DNA of 64,000 nucleotides from Phycisphaerae bacterium (GCA_963666835.2 CAXXGO010000006.1:736001-800000); one strand, 5' to 3'. Positions 40,494 to 51,570 are shown, numbered from the stretch's first letter. The notes: a model not told the origin generated them from the sequence alone. Numbers and translations: made by a program.

Positions 40494-42476
40494 TCAACCG
40501 CGGATCCGAAAGACCAGATAGGGGGCGTCGCGGGATCCCGTGTAAGAGTTCGACGGATAGACCAGCTCTGCGAATTCTCTTGCATTGGCCAACTTCCGCG
40601 CCAGGTTCTTGTGATCCTGATCCGTAATCACATAACGTGCGCCGAAGTAGTCGCGAATGTCCGTAAGCGCGATGTGCAAAGACTCGGTAAACGTACTTCC
40701 GGCCTCATCGATGATCTCGACGGATTCATCGGCGGGGACCTGCCCGCGCGATATCTTCACGTAGCGCTTCCACAGGTCCGGCCGGCGGGCGTGCGTGAAC
40801 TTCGGATCCAACCCGACAATGTAGTGATTGTACGAGTTGTAGTAGAAGAACACCGGGAAGATGTCCCAATCGTCGGTGAAGATTACCTCAGCCGGCGCGG
40901 AGTCGCCCTTGACGAACTCCATCGCCGCGCGAATGGCCGGCAAGTCGTAACCGCACCGGACGCCACGTTGGATCTGAGACCAAGGATACGCGGCTGAGCC
41001 GATCACAACCGCCAGGACTATTGCCGCTACCGTAACCGTGCGAGCCACGTCAACCAACACAGCGCCGCCATCCCGCCGCCTGGTAACGCAGGCATCCTGT
41101 CTGCCCGCCTCCCCGATCCTAACCGGCGGAGCATCGGCATCGCAGCGCCGCCGAATCCCGCAAAGCGATACGAGCGCATACAGGCCGACCAGAATCAACC
41201 ACACGGGCCATTCGTCTGCGAAACTGGCCAGATCGGGCAACCGGCGAACGCGCTGAATCAACGCCGCTACGCCCCCGACGACCAAGAGCGCCACAACCAC
41301 CTCGAACCACGCCCGCCGGGGCGTGCGGTCCGCAACATACTCACGGTGCCACCACGACGATACGGCATCGGCCACCGGTACGAACAGATAAGCAGCGCTT
41401 AGCAGACAGAAGACCGGCCAATACTCGATGAAACGCCGGGCCTTGCAGGTCAACACCAGAAAGGCGAAGTTCAACAGAAGCAGGGTCAAATCAGTGGCAC
41501 TAAGCGGCTTACCCAACCGCAACCGCGCGGTAACCGCAATAACCCAGGTGACGAGCACCACTCCGGCCGACTGCACAAACCACCAGACGCCCTCGTAAGG
41601 CTTCCACTCCCTTCCGACCGGAATATCGGGGGACAGCCCGGTTCCGAAGACCTGCAACCTGAGGAACTCGGCCATACCCCCCACGTAGGGGTGGACCACA
41701 ACCCCGATCGCCCACCCGGTGGTCGCCGCCAGAATCAGCCGCCACGGAACCTCCCGCGCGCCCGGCGAAACCAGCACCGACGATAGCACAAACAGCCCGA
41801 CCAAAACCGGGGCATACAACACTCCGCCAAGGTAAAGATGCGTGAACAGCGCCACGGCCAGCCCCGTCAGGAGAAAACGCCGCCGGAACATCAAAACCAG
41901 AACCAGCAACATGAACGTCAACGAAGGACTGATGGCGCGAATGTAAGCGTGCCGGGTGAAGAACTGGGCGGGCATGAGGATGAACAGAATCAACCACAGC
42001 CAGCGCCAACGCACTTGCCCGTGAATGAGCAGCAAATTGAACAACATCAACGTGAGCCCGAACGTCACGGTGACCGCCCAGCGCCCGCCGGCTAAGTAGT
42101 CCCCGGTCAGCCAATGAGACAACTGCACGAACGGGGTAAGGAACACGTGGAAACCGTAGTGATGACTGACGAAGTCATGCCCCTCGTCCGTGAAGTACAC
42201 GAACTTCAACCAGGGAAGCTCGTCGAGCAGACCGTGCTCCGGAATGAGCGCGGCCATCTTGACGTGATAGAACGAGTCGTGTCCGGGTAGTCCCCGAGCT
42301 TCCGCAGGGCGGTCGCTGCCGGCGGCGTGGATGTAGCTCATCAACACCACCCCGATGACCAGCACGATCAGCGATTCAAGAACGGTCGACGAGGGCCGCC
42401 CGCCCGCGGCAGGCGCTGCGGACCCCCGCGAAGGTGCCGGATCGTACGGATTGTCTTGAAGAGTGGTCTGATTCAC
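40494..42476 (-). CDS. Multi-pass membrane protein, probable GT-C glycosyltransferase
   Basis: N-terminal HDSFYHVK, many TM segments, GREW.P, RRFIEY, C-terminal IFTDDWD..Y.VGLDP. Start uncertain. Confidence 0.75.
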   Translation of the reverse strand: MNQTTLQDNPYDPAPSRGSAAPAAGGRPSSTVLESLIVLVIGVVLMSYIHAAGSDRPAEARGLPGHDSFYHVKMAALIPEHGLLDELPWLKFVYFTDEGHDFVSHHYGFHVFLTPFVQLSHWLTGDYLAGGRWAVTVTFGLTLMLFNLLLIHGQVRWRWLWLILFILMPAQFFTRHAYIRAISPSLTFMLLVLVLMFRRRFLLTGLAVALFTHLYLGGVLYAPVLVGLFVLSSVLVSPGAREVPWRLILAATTGWAIGVVVHPYVGGMAEFLRLQVFGTGLSPDIPVGREWKPYEGVWWFVQSAGVVLVTWVIAVTARLRLGKPLSATDLTLLLLNFAFLVLTCKARRFIEYWPVFCLLSAAYLFVPVADAVSSWWHREYVADRTPRRAWFEVVVALLVVGGVAALIQRVRRLPDLASFADEWPVWLILVGLYALVSLCGIRRRCDADAPPVRIGEAGRQDACVTRRRDGGAVLVDVARTVTVAAIVLAVVIGSAAYPWSQIQRGVRCGYDLPAIRAAMEFVKGDSAPAEVIFTDDWDIFPVFFYYNSYNHYIVGLDPKFTHARRPDLWKRYVKISRGQVPADESVEIIDEAGSTFTESLHIALTDIRDYFGARYVITDQDHKNLARKLANAREFAELVYPSNSYTGSRDAPYLVFRIRG

Positions 42477-42709
42477 GGGGCGAAGTTGCTCCAATCCGCC
42501 GGGCAACCCTCGACCGGCGCGGTGAGTAGCGTATTCGGAGCCGTCCGGTTTGACCAGTGAACGGATCCGGTCCGCTGGCCCAAGACCGGTAATCTGCCGA
42601 AGAACTAAGGGAGGGGCGCGCGCCGTCCGCAAATGCTCGTGTTGACGGGTCTGAAGCGGCGAATTACCGTGCGGGCGCGGGAGTTCGAGGTTAGTTGGAG
42701 TCTCCCACT

Positions 42710-42862
42710 GCTGAAGCGATGAGGGTCCCCCACCGCTAAAGCGATGGGCCACCCGTCCGGGGCCCCCACCGCTAAGGCGATGGGGCATCCGTCCGTTGAA
42801 GCGATGAGGGTCCCCCACCGCCAAAGCGATGGGCCCCCACCTCTAGTGAGGTGGGCCACCCA
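42710..42862. repeat. Tandem cluster of CCCCACCGCTAAAGCGATGGG-type palindromes
   Basis: Four variants in series; the same family occurs near 217, 1651 and 3997. Confidence 0.8.
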
Positions 42863-42977
42863 TTCCGGGGAGGTACCTCTCCGTCCGTACGGACTGCCGG
42901 GGAGAGACGGCGTTCCGAGTGCTCTACTTTGTGAAACGCGTTTGACAATCGCAAGAGGAGTTGATCCATTGCTCGCC

Positions 42978-45320
42978 ATGACTACGGAAGATCAGGAACT
43001 GCTGCGACAGGCGGAAGACGGTATTAGAGATTATCTCGACGCTGAGCGCGACCAGGGTCGCATCGCCGGAAGTTACTACGACGACGCGGTGGCCAAGACC
43101 GGACCTAACCTGCGCAAGTGGCTGCAGGCCGAGGAGCTCGACCGGATCTCGCCGAACCTGCGCGACGGTCTGCGCAACGCCATCCGGAACCGGCAGTGGG
43201 TAGCACTGGCCAACGCCTACTCGCGCGACGTGGCGTTCGGAACCGGCGGAATCCGCGAGAAGATGGGCGCCGAGCGCGATGTGGTCCTCAAACTGAAAGA
43301 AGAGGGAATCCACGCGCCGATCATCAAAGGGCCCAACACGATCAACGATGTAATCTACCTGCTGACCTCGGCCGGGGCAGCCAAGTTCGGCATCGAACGC
43401 AAACCGCCGCTTAGCAAGGTCGTCATCGGGTTCGACAGCCGGGTCCGCGGTTCGGATTTCGCCCGGATGATCGCCAGCCTGTTCCTGGCCTATGACTACA
43501 CGGTGTACTTGTTCGACGAGGCCTGCCTCTATCCGAGCGTTACCTACGCCGTGCCGACCCTCAAGGCCGACGTCGGCGTATTCATCTCGGCCAGCCATAA
43601 CGACTTCCGTTATAATGGCTACAAACTGTCCTGCCAGAACGGCTCGCAGTTCGACCCGGCCGAGCGCGACCGGTTGTACAAAGACTATATCGCCAAGATG
43701 AAGTTCACCGACATCAAGACTGTCCCGCTCACCGAGGCTCCGGCGGACAAGCTCTGGTTCCTCGGTGGGGTCAAGAGCGAAAGCGGAAAGGTCGTTCAAA
43801 GCGGGGACCATTCCGGACTGCCGCTAGCCGATCCGCTGCCCCATGCAACCAAGGATCTCTACGCCGGCCGGGAAGACCGGATCATCGATCTGCACACGAT
43901 GCACATCAACCACGTCAAGACCTTCCTGCTGCGCGATCGCATGATTATCGAAGCGAAGAAACCGCTCTCCCTCGGATACTCCGCGTTTAACGGCTCCGGG
44001 CGCGATGCCGTGCCGCGTCTGCTTAACGAGGTCGGCTTCAAAGACGTCAAGCGGATCATGAAACTTGACGCGCTCGATGGCATGTTCCCCGCGTTCTGCA
44101 GCGATCCCGGCAAAGAACAACAACCCGACCCCGGCGACTGGCGGGCGGCCGATATTGCCGTCGCGGCCTTCAAGGAAGAACACGGCGCCGCCTGGGACGA
44201 CGTCGACTTGATCATCGGCACGGACCCCGACGCCGATCGCTGCGGGGTGATCGTCAAAGTCCCCGAACACCAACGCATAGCCTACCCGCATCCGGGTTCA
44301 GGCGAGCTGCGCGATTACGCCCTGATCTCCGCTGACGAGGCCTGGTCGCTGATCCTGTGGTATCGACTCAACTACGAAGTCGAACAGCACGGTAAGGTGC
44401 TCGACGCCGAACAGAGGTTCATCGCCCTGTCGCACACCACTACCGACCTGCTGCCTTGCGTCGCTCGCAAGTTCGGGCTGGGCGTACTCAAGACCTGGGT
44501 CGGCTTCGCTCAACTCGCGGCCGGGACCCGCGCGGTCTGGGATCTCCACGCCGGTAAGGACACGGCCGGTCTGACCGAAGGCGGCCGCCTCCCGAAATAC
44601 GACGAAGGACGCCGCAACCCCGAAGATACCGTCTGCAACCGGAGCATTCATTCGTGGGAGGATATGGGCGACCCGCGCCGGTGTATCAACGTCGGAGCTC
44701 TCGAACAGAGTAATGGATTCTCCATCCTCGGCGGACCGCCGCCGGACGACCGTTCGCTCGGGCGGGAGGGGCACGTGCGCGATAAGGACGGCACGTTCGC
44801 GGCCGTGCTGGTCGCGGAGCTGGCCGCATACGCCAAAGAACACGGTAAGAACCTGCTCGACCTAGTGGATGAGAAGCTCTATCTCGATCCGGACATCGGC
44901 CTGTACGTAACGCACTACGAGCCGGACCCGCTGGACGGTGAATACGAAGGGCTGGCCGGCTATACGAAGAAGCGCGGCATTCTCGACAAGGCGGAGGACC
45001 TGTTCGCCAACTGCTCCGCCCGCCCGTTTGAGCTGGGCGGGATGCCGGTCAAAAGTGCCACCGTTTATCGCACCGGCAAGTACGACGCAGTGAACTGGGC
45101 CGGCTTCCCCGACGAGGGGTACCGCTTCTACTTCGACGACGAGCGTCGATCCCATCTGACGATCCGCCCGTCGGGTACGTCCAACGCGCTGCGCTTCCAC
45201 GTTCAGCTTTTCGGCGGCCATCCGACCCGCGAAACGCTGATTGCCGAGAAGGCCAAGCTGCGAGCGACCACCGTCCAGATGGTCAAAGACATCCGCGGGC
45301 TGATCGGGGCGAACGTTTGA
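42978..45320 (+). CDS. Phosphoglucomutase/phosphomannomutase family protein
   Basis: FGTGG, GFDSR, SASHN, NGYK, DPDADR, RDKDG, IRPSGT. Confidence 0.92.
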   Translation: MTTEDQELLRQAEDGIRDYLDAERDQGRIAGSYYDDAVAKTGPNLRKWLQAEELDRISPNLRDGLRNAIRNRQWVALANAYSRDVAFGTGGIREKMGAERDVVLKLKEEGIHAPIIKGPNTINDVIYLLTSAGAAKFGIERKPPLSKVVIGFDSRVRGSDFARMIASLFLAYDYTVYLFDEACLYPSVTYAVPTLKADVGVFISASHNDFRYNGYKLSCQNGSQFDPAERDRLYKDYIAKMKFTDIKTVPLTEAPADKLWFLGGVKSESGKVVQSGDHSGLPLADPLPHATKDLYAGREDRIIDLHTMHINHVKTFLLRDRMIIEAKKPLSLGYSAFNGSGRDAVPRLLNEVGFKDVKRIMKLDALDGMFPAFCSDPGKEQQPDPGDWRAADIAVAAFKEEHGAAWDDVDLIIGTDPDADRCGVIVKVPEHQRIAYPHPGSGELRDYALISADEAWSLILWYRLNYEVEQHGKVLDAEQRFIALSHTTTDLLPCVARKFGLGVLKTWVGFAQLAAGTRAVWDLHAGKDTAGLTEGGRLPKYDEGRRNPEDTVCNRSIHSWEDMGDPRRCINVGALEQSNGFSILGGPPPDDRSLGREGHVRDKDGTFAAVLVAELAAYAKEHGKNLLDLVDEKLYLDPDIGLYVTHYEPDPLDGEYEGLAGYTKKRGILDKAEDLFANCSARPFELGGMPVKSATVYRTGKYDAVNWAGFPDEGYRFYFDDERRSHLTIRPSGTSNALRFHVQLFGGHPTRETLIAEKAKLRATTVQMVKDIRGLIGANV

Positions 45321-45327
45321 GAAAGCT

Positions 45328-46677
45328 ATGAACGTCACCCCCGGCACCGGGTCCGCGCTGACTGATGTTGTCGTCGCCTTCGACCTCGACAACACGCTCG
45401 TGGACCCGGACGGCGAAACCTATCGCCGCACCACGGCCAACTTCCTCGGGTTCATCGATATCGGTTTGAACTCGAGCGAAGTGCTCCGGGCCTACGAAGG
45501 GCTGCGGATGCGCGGCGACGCTCTCGAACGACTGGGGCTGGGTAGCCCGCTGCACGAGCGCAATAATCCGGAGGCTATGGCTGCCCTGTGCCTATCCCGC
45601 GCTACTCACCGCGGCCTCTTGCGCGATCTGAGCATCAACCCGGTCGACCAGCCGGATTGGCGTAAGCTGATCGTTGAACTGGCCGGCTTGCATGACAAGA
45701 CTAGGCGCGGTTCGTTCGACTCCCGTCTGGCCGCGGAGATTGAGTTTCAGCGTCTCCGGGCGACCGATCCGCGCTTGCCGCGCTTCTGCGCCGAGGTGCG
45801 ACGGGTGGCCGCGATGCCCCGGATCACCGTTTGGGCCCAGCATTATGAGAAACTCGCCCGCGCCGAGGTGATGGCCTACGTGCGGCCGTTGCTGGACGCC
45901 CTGGTTCGCCGCGAGGCGGTGCTATTGGTGATCTCTGAGGGGCGTTTCCGCGTACAGACGGCAAAGCTCGATCGGCTTCAGGTCGCAGAGTTCTTTCAAG
46001 ATCGCGTGTTGATTACCGAGCAGGTCGCCGCGGTGACCGGGCTTGAGGAGCTTGATGAAGCCATCGCGGGGCTCATCGGCGAACGAATGACAACCGGCGC
46101 GGATACGGAATCGCCCGAACTGCCGCTTCTATGGCACTATCGCTGTCTGATCCGGGAGTGGGAGAGCAAGACCCCGTGGTTCTTCGGCCGGTGTCTGCAC
46201 GCCGTGCAGAATGCCCCGCACCGGCCCGAGCTGTCCCTCGGCCATCCGGTTTTCGTGCCGGCTGCAGAGTGGGAGCAAAGGCCGCTTCGGTTCGTAATGG
46301 TGGGCGACCGCTACGATAAGGATCTTGCGCCGCTGATCGATCTGCTGGGCTTGGAGGTGGGAACGACCGTGCGGTTGCGGGCGGGCAAATACGGCGCGCG
46401 CGATCCGGAGGACGCAACGCCGCCTCAACGTCGCCCGGACCGGACGTTCAATGACTGGGATTCCCTCGCCACCTTTCTGTCAAACGACCTGACCGCCGAT
46501 CAGATCCCCCCGATCACGACCGCCCCGGCCATCGTCGATCCGTCAATGGTCACCCGGGACCTCATTGATAGTGGCCTGCACAGCGAATACGAGGCCATCC
46601 GGGGCGTTGCGCAAGCCCTTGCCGAAATGACGGACGGCGCTGCCTGCGGCGAGAACCGGGATCGGATCACAGAATGA
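45328..46677 (+). CDS. HAD-superfamily hydrolase
   Basis: Motif I FDLDNTL, ISEG, motif IV MVGDRYDKD. Confidence 0.78.
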   Translation: MNVTPGTGSALTDVVVAFDLDNTLVDPDGETYRRTTANFLGFIDIGLNSSEVLRAYEGLRMRGDALERLGLGSPLHERNNPEAMAALCLSRATHRGLLRDLSINPVDQPDWRKLIVELAGLHDKTRRGSFDSRLAAEIEFQRLRATDPRLPRFCAEVRRVAAMPRITVWAQHYEKLARAEVMAYVRPLLDALVRREAVLLVISEGRFRVQTAKLDRLQVAEFFQDRVLITEQVAAVTGLEELDEAIAGLIGERMTTGADTESPELPLLWHYRCLIREWESKTPWFFGRCLHAVQNAPHRPELSLGHPVFVPAAEWEQRPLRFVMVGDRYDKDLAPLIDLLGLEVGTTVRLRAGKYGARDPEDATPPQRRPDRTFNDWDSLATFLSNDLTADQIPPITTAPAIVDPSMVTRDLIDSGLHSEYEAIRGVAQALAEMTDGAACGENRDRITE

Positions 46678-46689
46678 TTTCAAGGACCT

Positions 46690-46826
46690 TGTAGGGCACG
46701 GTCGAGGCACGAGACCTGCCACAACAACGCGTGTCGCGCGAAGACCTGCGGGTGCCCCGTACCATGCCGGCGTTTGGCGGGCTGGAATGGCCGCATCGCC
46801 CCACTGCCGGCATGGGTGGGGGACGG
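46690..46826. repeat. REP mosaic between convergent genes
   Basis: GTAGGGCACGGTCGAGGCACGAGACCTGCC plus GCGGGTGCCCCG..CATGGGTGGGGGACGG unit. Confidence 0.82.
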
Positions 46827-46858
46827 ACTGGGATCGCAAAGAGACCACCATCCCAGGG

Positions 46859-47524
46859 TCAATCGCCGGAACCGGTTGCCCGGCACTTCTCCAGCAGCCA
46901 ATCCACAACTTGTTGCACCGAAGATTCGTCCCCCGAACTCACCGAGATGATCATCTGGTCCCGGTTCAACGCCAGGATGTCGGACGAAGCCCGCTCCAGG
47001 GAAAAATCGGTTGAGCCCAGCAGATCCACCTTGGTCACCACCACCAGATTCGCCGCCCGGAACAGGAAGGGGTATTTGGCGGGTTTATCGTCGCCCTCGG
47101 TAACGCTCAGCACCGCGATGCGGGCGTGCTCGCCGAGGTCGAAGTTCACGGGGCAGATCGGGTTGCCGACGTTCTCGATCAGCAGACAGTCAATCTCCGC
47201 CAGAGGCAACCGCTGAAGCCCCTGCTGAACGAGGGTGGCCGTGAGGTGACAGCCACCTTCAGTAAGCAACTGAATGACGGGCACCCCGAGGGCCTCGATG
47301 CGCGCCGCGTCCTTGGTCGTGGCCAAGTCGCCCTCCAGCACGGCCACGCGCAAGGTCCGCCGCAGCCCGGGAATCACTCGCTCCAGGAGGGTCGTCTTAC
47401 CGCACCCCGCTCCGCCCATGATATTGACGACGGTAACGCCGTGCTTGCTCAGCAGACTGCGATTCTCTTCGGCCGCGCGGTCGTTTTTCTCAAACAGGCT
47501 TCTCCTGAGCACCTCAATCGCCAT
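46859..47524 (-). CDS. hypB: Nickel incorporation GTPase HypB
   Basis: GAGCGKTT, EGDL.T..DA.RI, GCHL, ENVGN..CP..FDLGE, EGDDKP.KYP, TKVD. Confidence 0.93.
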   Translation of the reverse strand: MAIEVLRRSLFEKNDRAAEENRSLLSKHGVTVVNIMGGAGCGKTTLLERVIPGLRRTLRVAVLEGDLATTKDAARIEALGVPVIQLLTEGGCHLTATLVQQGLQRLPLAEIDCLLIENVGNPICPVNFDLGEHARIAVLSVTEGDDKPAKYPFLFRAANLVVVTKVDLLGSTDFSLERASSDILALNRDQMIISVSSGDESSVQQVVDWLLEKCRATGSGD

Positions 47525-47870
47525 CGTCAATCTCCAGCTCAATGGACGTCAGTTCAATCTCGTCGCCACCTTCCAGGTGAATCTCGGTCGCACCGCAACT
47601 GGGGCACTCGAACTGCCAGGCGTCCAACTCCGTGTGGGTCCCACAAGCGGAGCACTCCAGGCGCATTCCGACTGTGGTCACCTCCAGTTTGGCGCGCGCC
47701 GCCAGAGTGCCGCTCTTGGCCAAGTCGAACGCCTCGCTCAACATTGTGGTGTCGGCCTGGCGCAGACACCCGATACGGCAATGGATCCGGGTGATCCGGT
47801 GAGCTCCGGCTCGCCGAGCTTCGCCTTCGGCGAGTTCCAGCATCGACATTGCAATAGAGAGCTCGTGCAT
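47514..47870 (-). CDS. hypA: Nickel metallochaperone HypA
   Basis: MHELS, CSAC..CPSC, GG.E..L.SIE. Confidence 0.93.
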   Translation of the reverse strand: MHELSIAMSMLELAEGEARRAGAHRITRIHCRIGCLRQADTTMLSEAFDLAKSGTLAARAKLEVTTVGMRLECSACGTHTELDAWQFECPSCGATEIHLEGGDEIELTSIELEIDDGD

Positions 47871-47992
47871 CGCTTACCCGGGTTTCCTCAGAAGAACGCG
47901 GGGCGAGCTCCGCTGAACGGAACTCGCCCCGGCGACGGTTGTTCAGGAGTCATTCCGTCGACCATTCGGCCAACGGACGGTTGTCCTCAACA

Positions 47993-49726
47993 TCAGACCA
48001 CGTATTCAGGGTAATCCGGATACCACATAGACTCGGCCACCATATCTTCGATGGCGTCGTCCGGGATCCTCCGCCCGATGTCGAGCCGGCGAGCCTCGCG
48101 GATTATCGCGCAGGCGATCGCACAGCTTACATCCCGCAATTCGCTTTGATCGGGGTACAGCGCCCCGGCATCCAGCCGTTCCTGAGTTATCCGACCTGCC
48201 AGGGTCCGAGCAGCGACCAGGAACATCGAGTTGGTGACCTCGTGAGCTTCTGCGAGGATGCAACCCAGCCCGACCCCGGGAAAGATGTACACGTTATTCC
48301 CCTGTCCGGGGATATGTGTCTTGCCTTTGTACTCAACCGGATCGAAGGGGCTGCCGGTTGCCACCAGGGCACGGCCGTCGGTCCACGTGATCGCCTCTTC
48401 CGGGGTACACTCCGCCTTGGAAGTCGGGTTGCTGAATGGGAACACGAGCGGCCGCTCAACGTGCTTGGCCATTTCACGAACGACTTCCTCGGTGAACGTG
48501 CCCGGTTTGGTAGTAGCCCCAAGCAAGATGGTAGGTTTCACCTTCTGGACGACCTCGAGCAAACCGGCCGGCTCGTCGGTGCTGAAGCCGTATCGCTTCA
48601 TCGCTTCAGCATTCAGGGCATACTCTTTCTTGTGCTCGTCCTTGATTGCCCGCCCCTGATAGAGCAGTCCTTGGCTATCGATGAACACCTGGGCCTCGTG
48701 GATCTTCTGGCGATCCATTCCCTCTTCGGCCATCGCGTCCGCCACGAGCCGCCCGATCCCGACTCCGGCTGCCCCGGCACCCATGTATACGATCCGCTGA
48801 TCGGACAACTTCTGCCCGGTCACCCGCAGAGAAGCGAGCATTCCGGCCAGGGCCACCGCTGATGTTCCCTGGATGTCGTCGTTGAAGCTGGGGGTCCGTT
48901 TACGGTACCGATCCAGCAACGTGAACGCGATGTCTTTGTAGAAGTCCTCCCACTGGATGAGCGCCCGGGGGAACACCTCTCGAACGGCCCCGACGAAGGC
49001 CTCGATGAACTGGTCATACTCCTCACCGCGGAGTCGCCGATGGCGATATCCGATGTAGTTTGGATCGTTGAGCAGGTCTGCGTTGTTAGTCCCGACATCA
49101 AGGCTGATAGGCAGCGTATTGGTTGGGTGGATTCCCGCTCCGGCGCAATACAGAGCCATTTTGCCGATCGGAATGCCGATTCCGCCGGCACCCTGATCGC
49201 CGAGCCCCAGAATCCGCTCGTTGTCCGTAACCACGATAAGGCGGACGTCCTGGTGGGGGGCACTACGCAGCAGCTCGGGAATCCGATCGATGTCATCGGG
49301 CGTGATCCACATTCCCCGGGGTCTCCGGAAAATGTGGCTATACCGCTGGCAGGCCTTTCCAACCGTCGGGGTGTAGACGATCGGCATGAGCTCGGCCATG
49401 TTCTTAACCAGCACGCGGTAGAAAAGGGTCTCGTTGCGGTCCTGAAGAGCGGCCAGCCCGATGAACTTCTCAAGATCGTCCGGCTTCTCGCGAAGGTGCT
49501 CCATCTCCAGCTCGGCTTGCTCTTCAATGGTGAAGTGCTTCGGGGGCAGCAGCCCCTCCAAATGGAGATCCCGCCGCTCCGCCGCCGAGAATGCCGCCCC
49601 TTTGTTGAGAACGGGGTCCTGAAGAAGACCCGCCCCAGTACAGGGTGCCTTTACTTTTCCCCTCGGATACTTGAGCGTGGATTCCGAGAGCTTCGCCTTG
49701 CTGTTGGCTACCGTTGAGTTTCCCAT
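47993..49726 (-). CDS. maeA: NAD-dependent malic enzyme
   Basis: [66 protein letters not shown]. Confidence 0.93.
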   Translation of the reverse strand: MGNSTVANSKAKLSESTLKYPRGKVKAPCTGAGLLQDPVLNKGAAFSAAERRDLHLEGLLPPKHFTIEEQAELEMEHLREKPDDLEKFIGLAALQDRNETLFYRVLVKNMAELMPIVYTPTVGKACQRYSHIFRRPRGMWITPDDIDRIPELLRSAPHQDVRLIVVTDNERILGLGDQGAGGIGIPIGKMALYCAGAGIHPTNTLPISLDVGTNNADLLNDPNYIGYRHRRLRGEEYDQFIEAFVGAVREVFPRALIQWEDFYKDIAFTLLDRYRKRTPSFNDDIQGTSAVALAGMLASLRVTGQKLSDQRIVYMGAGAAGVGIGRLVADAMAEEGMDRQKIHEAQVFIDSQGLLYQGRAIKDEHKKEYALNAEAMKRYGFSTDEPAGLLEVVQKVKPTILLGATTKPGTFTEEVVREMAKHVERPLVFPFSNPTSKAECTPEEAITWTDGRALVATGSPFDPVEYKGKTHIPGQGNNVYIFPGVGLGCILAEAHEVTNSMFLVAARTLAGRITQERLDAGALYPDQSELRDVSCAIACAIIREARRLDIGRRIPDDAIEDMVAESMWYPDYPEYVV

Positions 49727-50109
49727 GGTCTTTCGCCTCGATCCAAAACACCTGAAATGTGCATGCGTACGCCTCCCGGCCCCTACGCCGGCTGAATCGT
49801 AAACCGTACTAGCAAGACCGGTGCCGTACAAGGCCAAGAGAGGGATCCGCCGTGTTGGATTCGGACCGGCATGCCCTGAGAAGCCCCTACGGGTTTTGCC
49901 CGAACAGGCCCCGTGTCAAGCCGGCGAGCCCCCGAGCACTTGAAGTCAAGCCGAGAATAGATCATAAGACCGTTATCCCAGGTGCCGGGCGGCGTAGATA
50001 GCAGCTCCCTTGCGGCCTTGTAACCATCAGTCTCATGGAGGAGCCGCGGTCGGCCGAATACGTTGGTGAACAGGCTCCTCGGAGGATCTCCATTACCGGA
50101 GGAAACGAA

Positions 50110-50562
50110 ATGACAAGTCACAGAATCGCAGAATGGGTGCGGGAAGAACATGCGACGGTGGCCAAGCTGACCGACGCGCTGCGCGCGCAAGTGGCCGCCA
50201 TTCCCCGGGCAAGTATCGAGAGGTGGATCTCCGAAATCTGCAAGAGCTTCGACCACTACCGGGCTCATTTAACCAGACACATGAGCCTGGAGGAAAGCGA
50301 GGGATATCTGACCGCGGTGATCGAGCAGCGCCCGACGCTGACCGCGGAAGTAGAACGGCTCAAGCACGAGCACGCGGAGCTGGGAGTTATTATGGACTCG
50401 ATCCACAACGCTCTGTACGCGCTAAAGCCGGATGACCGATTGCTCGTCCGCGATGTCTGCCGGCGTATCGACCGGGTCCTGTCCTATGTGGACCATCATG
50501 AAGACGACGAGAACCTGCTCGTAACCTTCGTGTTCTGCACTGACATCGGCACGAAGGACTGA
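50110..50562 (+). CDS. Hemerythrin-domain protein
   Basis: EEH, HM.LEE, EH, HE..EN helical metal-ligand pattern; RBS GGAGG. Confidence 0.8.
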   Translation: MTSHRIAEWVREEHATVAKLTDALRAQVAAIPRASIERWISEICKSFDHYRAHLTRHMSLEESEGYLTAVIEQRPTLTAEVERLKHEHAELGVIMDSIHNALYALKPDDRLLVRDVCRRIDRVLSYVDHHEDDENLLVTFVFCTDIGTKD

Positions 50563-50594
50563 CGCCCTCGCTACGATGCGGTCCTCGGCGACGG

Positions 50595-51533
50595 CTACTT
50601 GCTCAGGCGGGATAGAAGTGCTGTCGCCACGAACCCGGCCACGGCCAGCCCGGCTCCCAATCCATAGTCGCCAAGCCCACTGGCAGCGTCGAACGGCCAG
50701 ATTCCCACCACGGAACCCAGGAGGATTCCCAACAAGAGCCCCAGCGTTGCATCTCGGTGTCGCTGCAGCATCCACTTGAGCGCGTTGCTGAGGAAGATAA
50801 TGCTCAACAGGGCTCCGATGGCCGTGGGGATAATCACCCGAAGGAACACCATCGGGTCACCCTCCTGCCCCATGGACATCGCATAGGATTTTGCCGCCGA
50901 AACCGCGGCGAGGATTGTCTCATAGCGCCCGAGGATCAACAGCATATAGGCTCCCGAGATGCCCGGCAGCACCATGGCCGACATACCCAAAACCCCGGCA
51001 GCGAAATCGCGCCCGTAGTCCGGTTCCAGAACCACCTCTCCGCGAGCTACCGCCGCACGCATGGCCTCCTTGTCCGGCGGCTCCTTTTGGTATAGCCCCA
51101 CGAAGGTCATGGCGACCAGACCGACGACAAGCCCGATCACCGCCCGCTCATTCACCTTGGCGAGCATGCCCCAGAGAAGGGGGACACCTCCGAGGGTCAT
51201 CCCAATAAAGAGCGAGAACATCGGGGCGGGATGAAGCACAACTGCCCGGCTGAGAATTCCGGCGAATCCTGCTATCGCCACGAACGCCGCCCCTCCGACG
51301 ATCGCCAGGAAAGCAATGTTGCGGCGCGAAAACCGCAGACGGGTCACGTCGGCAATGCTGGTGATGAACTCGTCATAGAGCCCGGTTACCACGATCATCG
51401 TTCCGCCCGAGACCCCGGGCACGAGGTTTGCAAGGCCCATCAAGAAGCCGCCTGCAACAGATCGGACTACGGGCAGACCCGCGCCGTTGGGCGTGGTGCT
51501 CGCCTCTGAATGGTCAGCTTCGATCGCCGACAT
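50595..51533 (-). CDS. DUF368 family membrane protein (undecaprenyl-phosphate translocase family)
   Basis: MGLANLVPGVSGGT and AMVLPGISGA..LLILG.Y internal repeats. Confidence 0.9.
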   Translation of the reverse strand: MSAIEADHSEASTTPNGAGLPVVRSVAGGFLMGLANLVPGVSGGTMIVVTGLYDEFITSIADVTRLRFSRRNIAFLAIVGGAAFVAIAGFAGILSRAVVLHPAPMFSLFIGMTLGGVPLLWGMLAKVNERAVIGLVVGLVAMTFVGLYQKEPPDKEAMRAAVARGEVVLEPDYGRDFAAGVLGMSAMVLPGISGAYMLLILGRYETILAAVSAAKSYAMSMGQEGDPMVFLRVIIPTAIGALLSIIFLSNALKWMLQRHRDATLGLLLGILLGSVVGIWPFDAASGLGDYGLGAGLAVAGFVATALLSRLSK

Positions 51534-51570
51534 ACTTACCGGTTCCTTTCGCTCTGCCCTTGGGGCGCCC

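Noticed and set aside
40470..40496. tRNA-like T-loop GTTCGAGTCCC
   Set aside because: No acceptor, D or anticodon stems could be built; the same applies to GGTTCAATTC near 30189.
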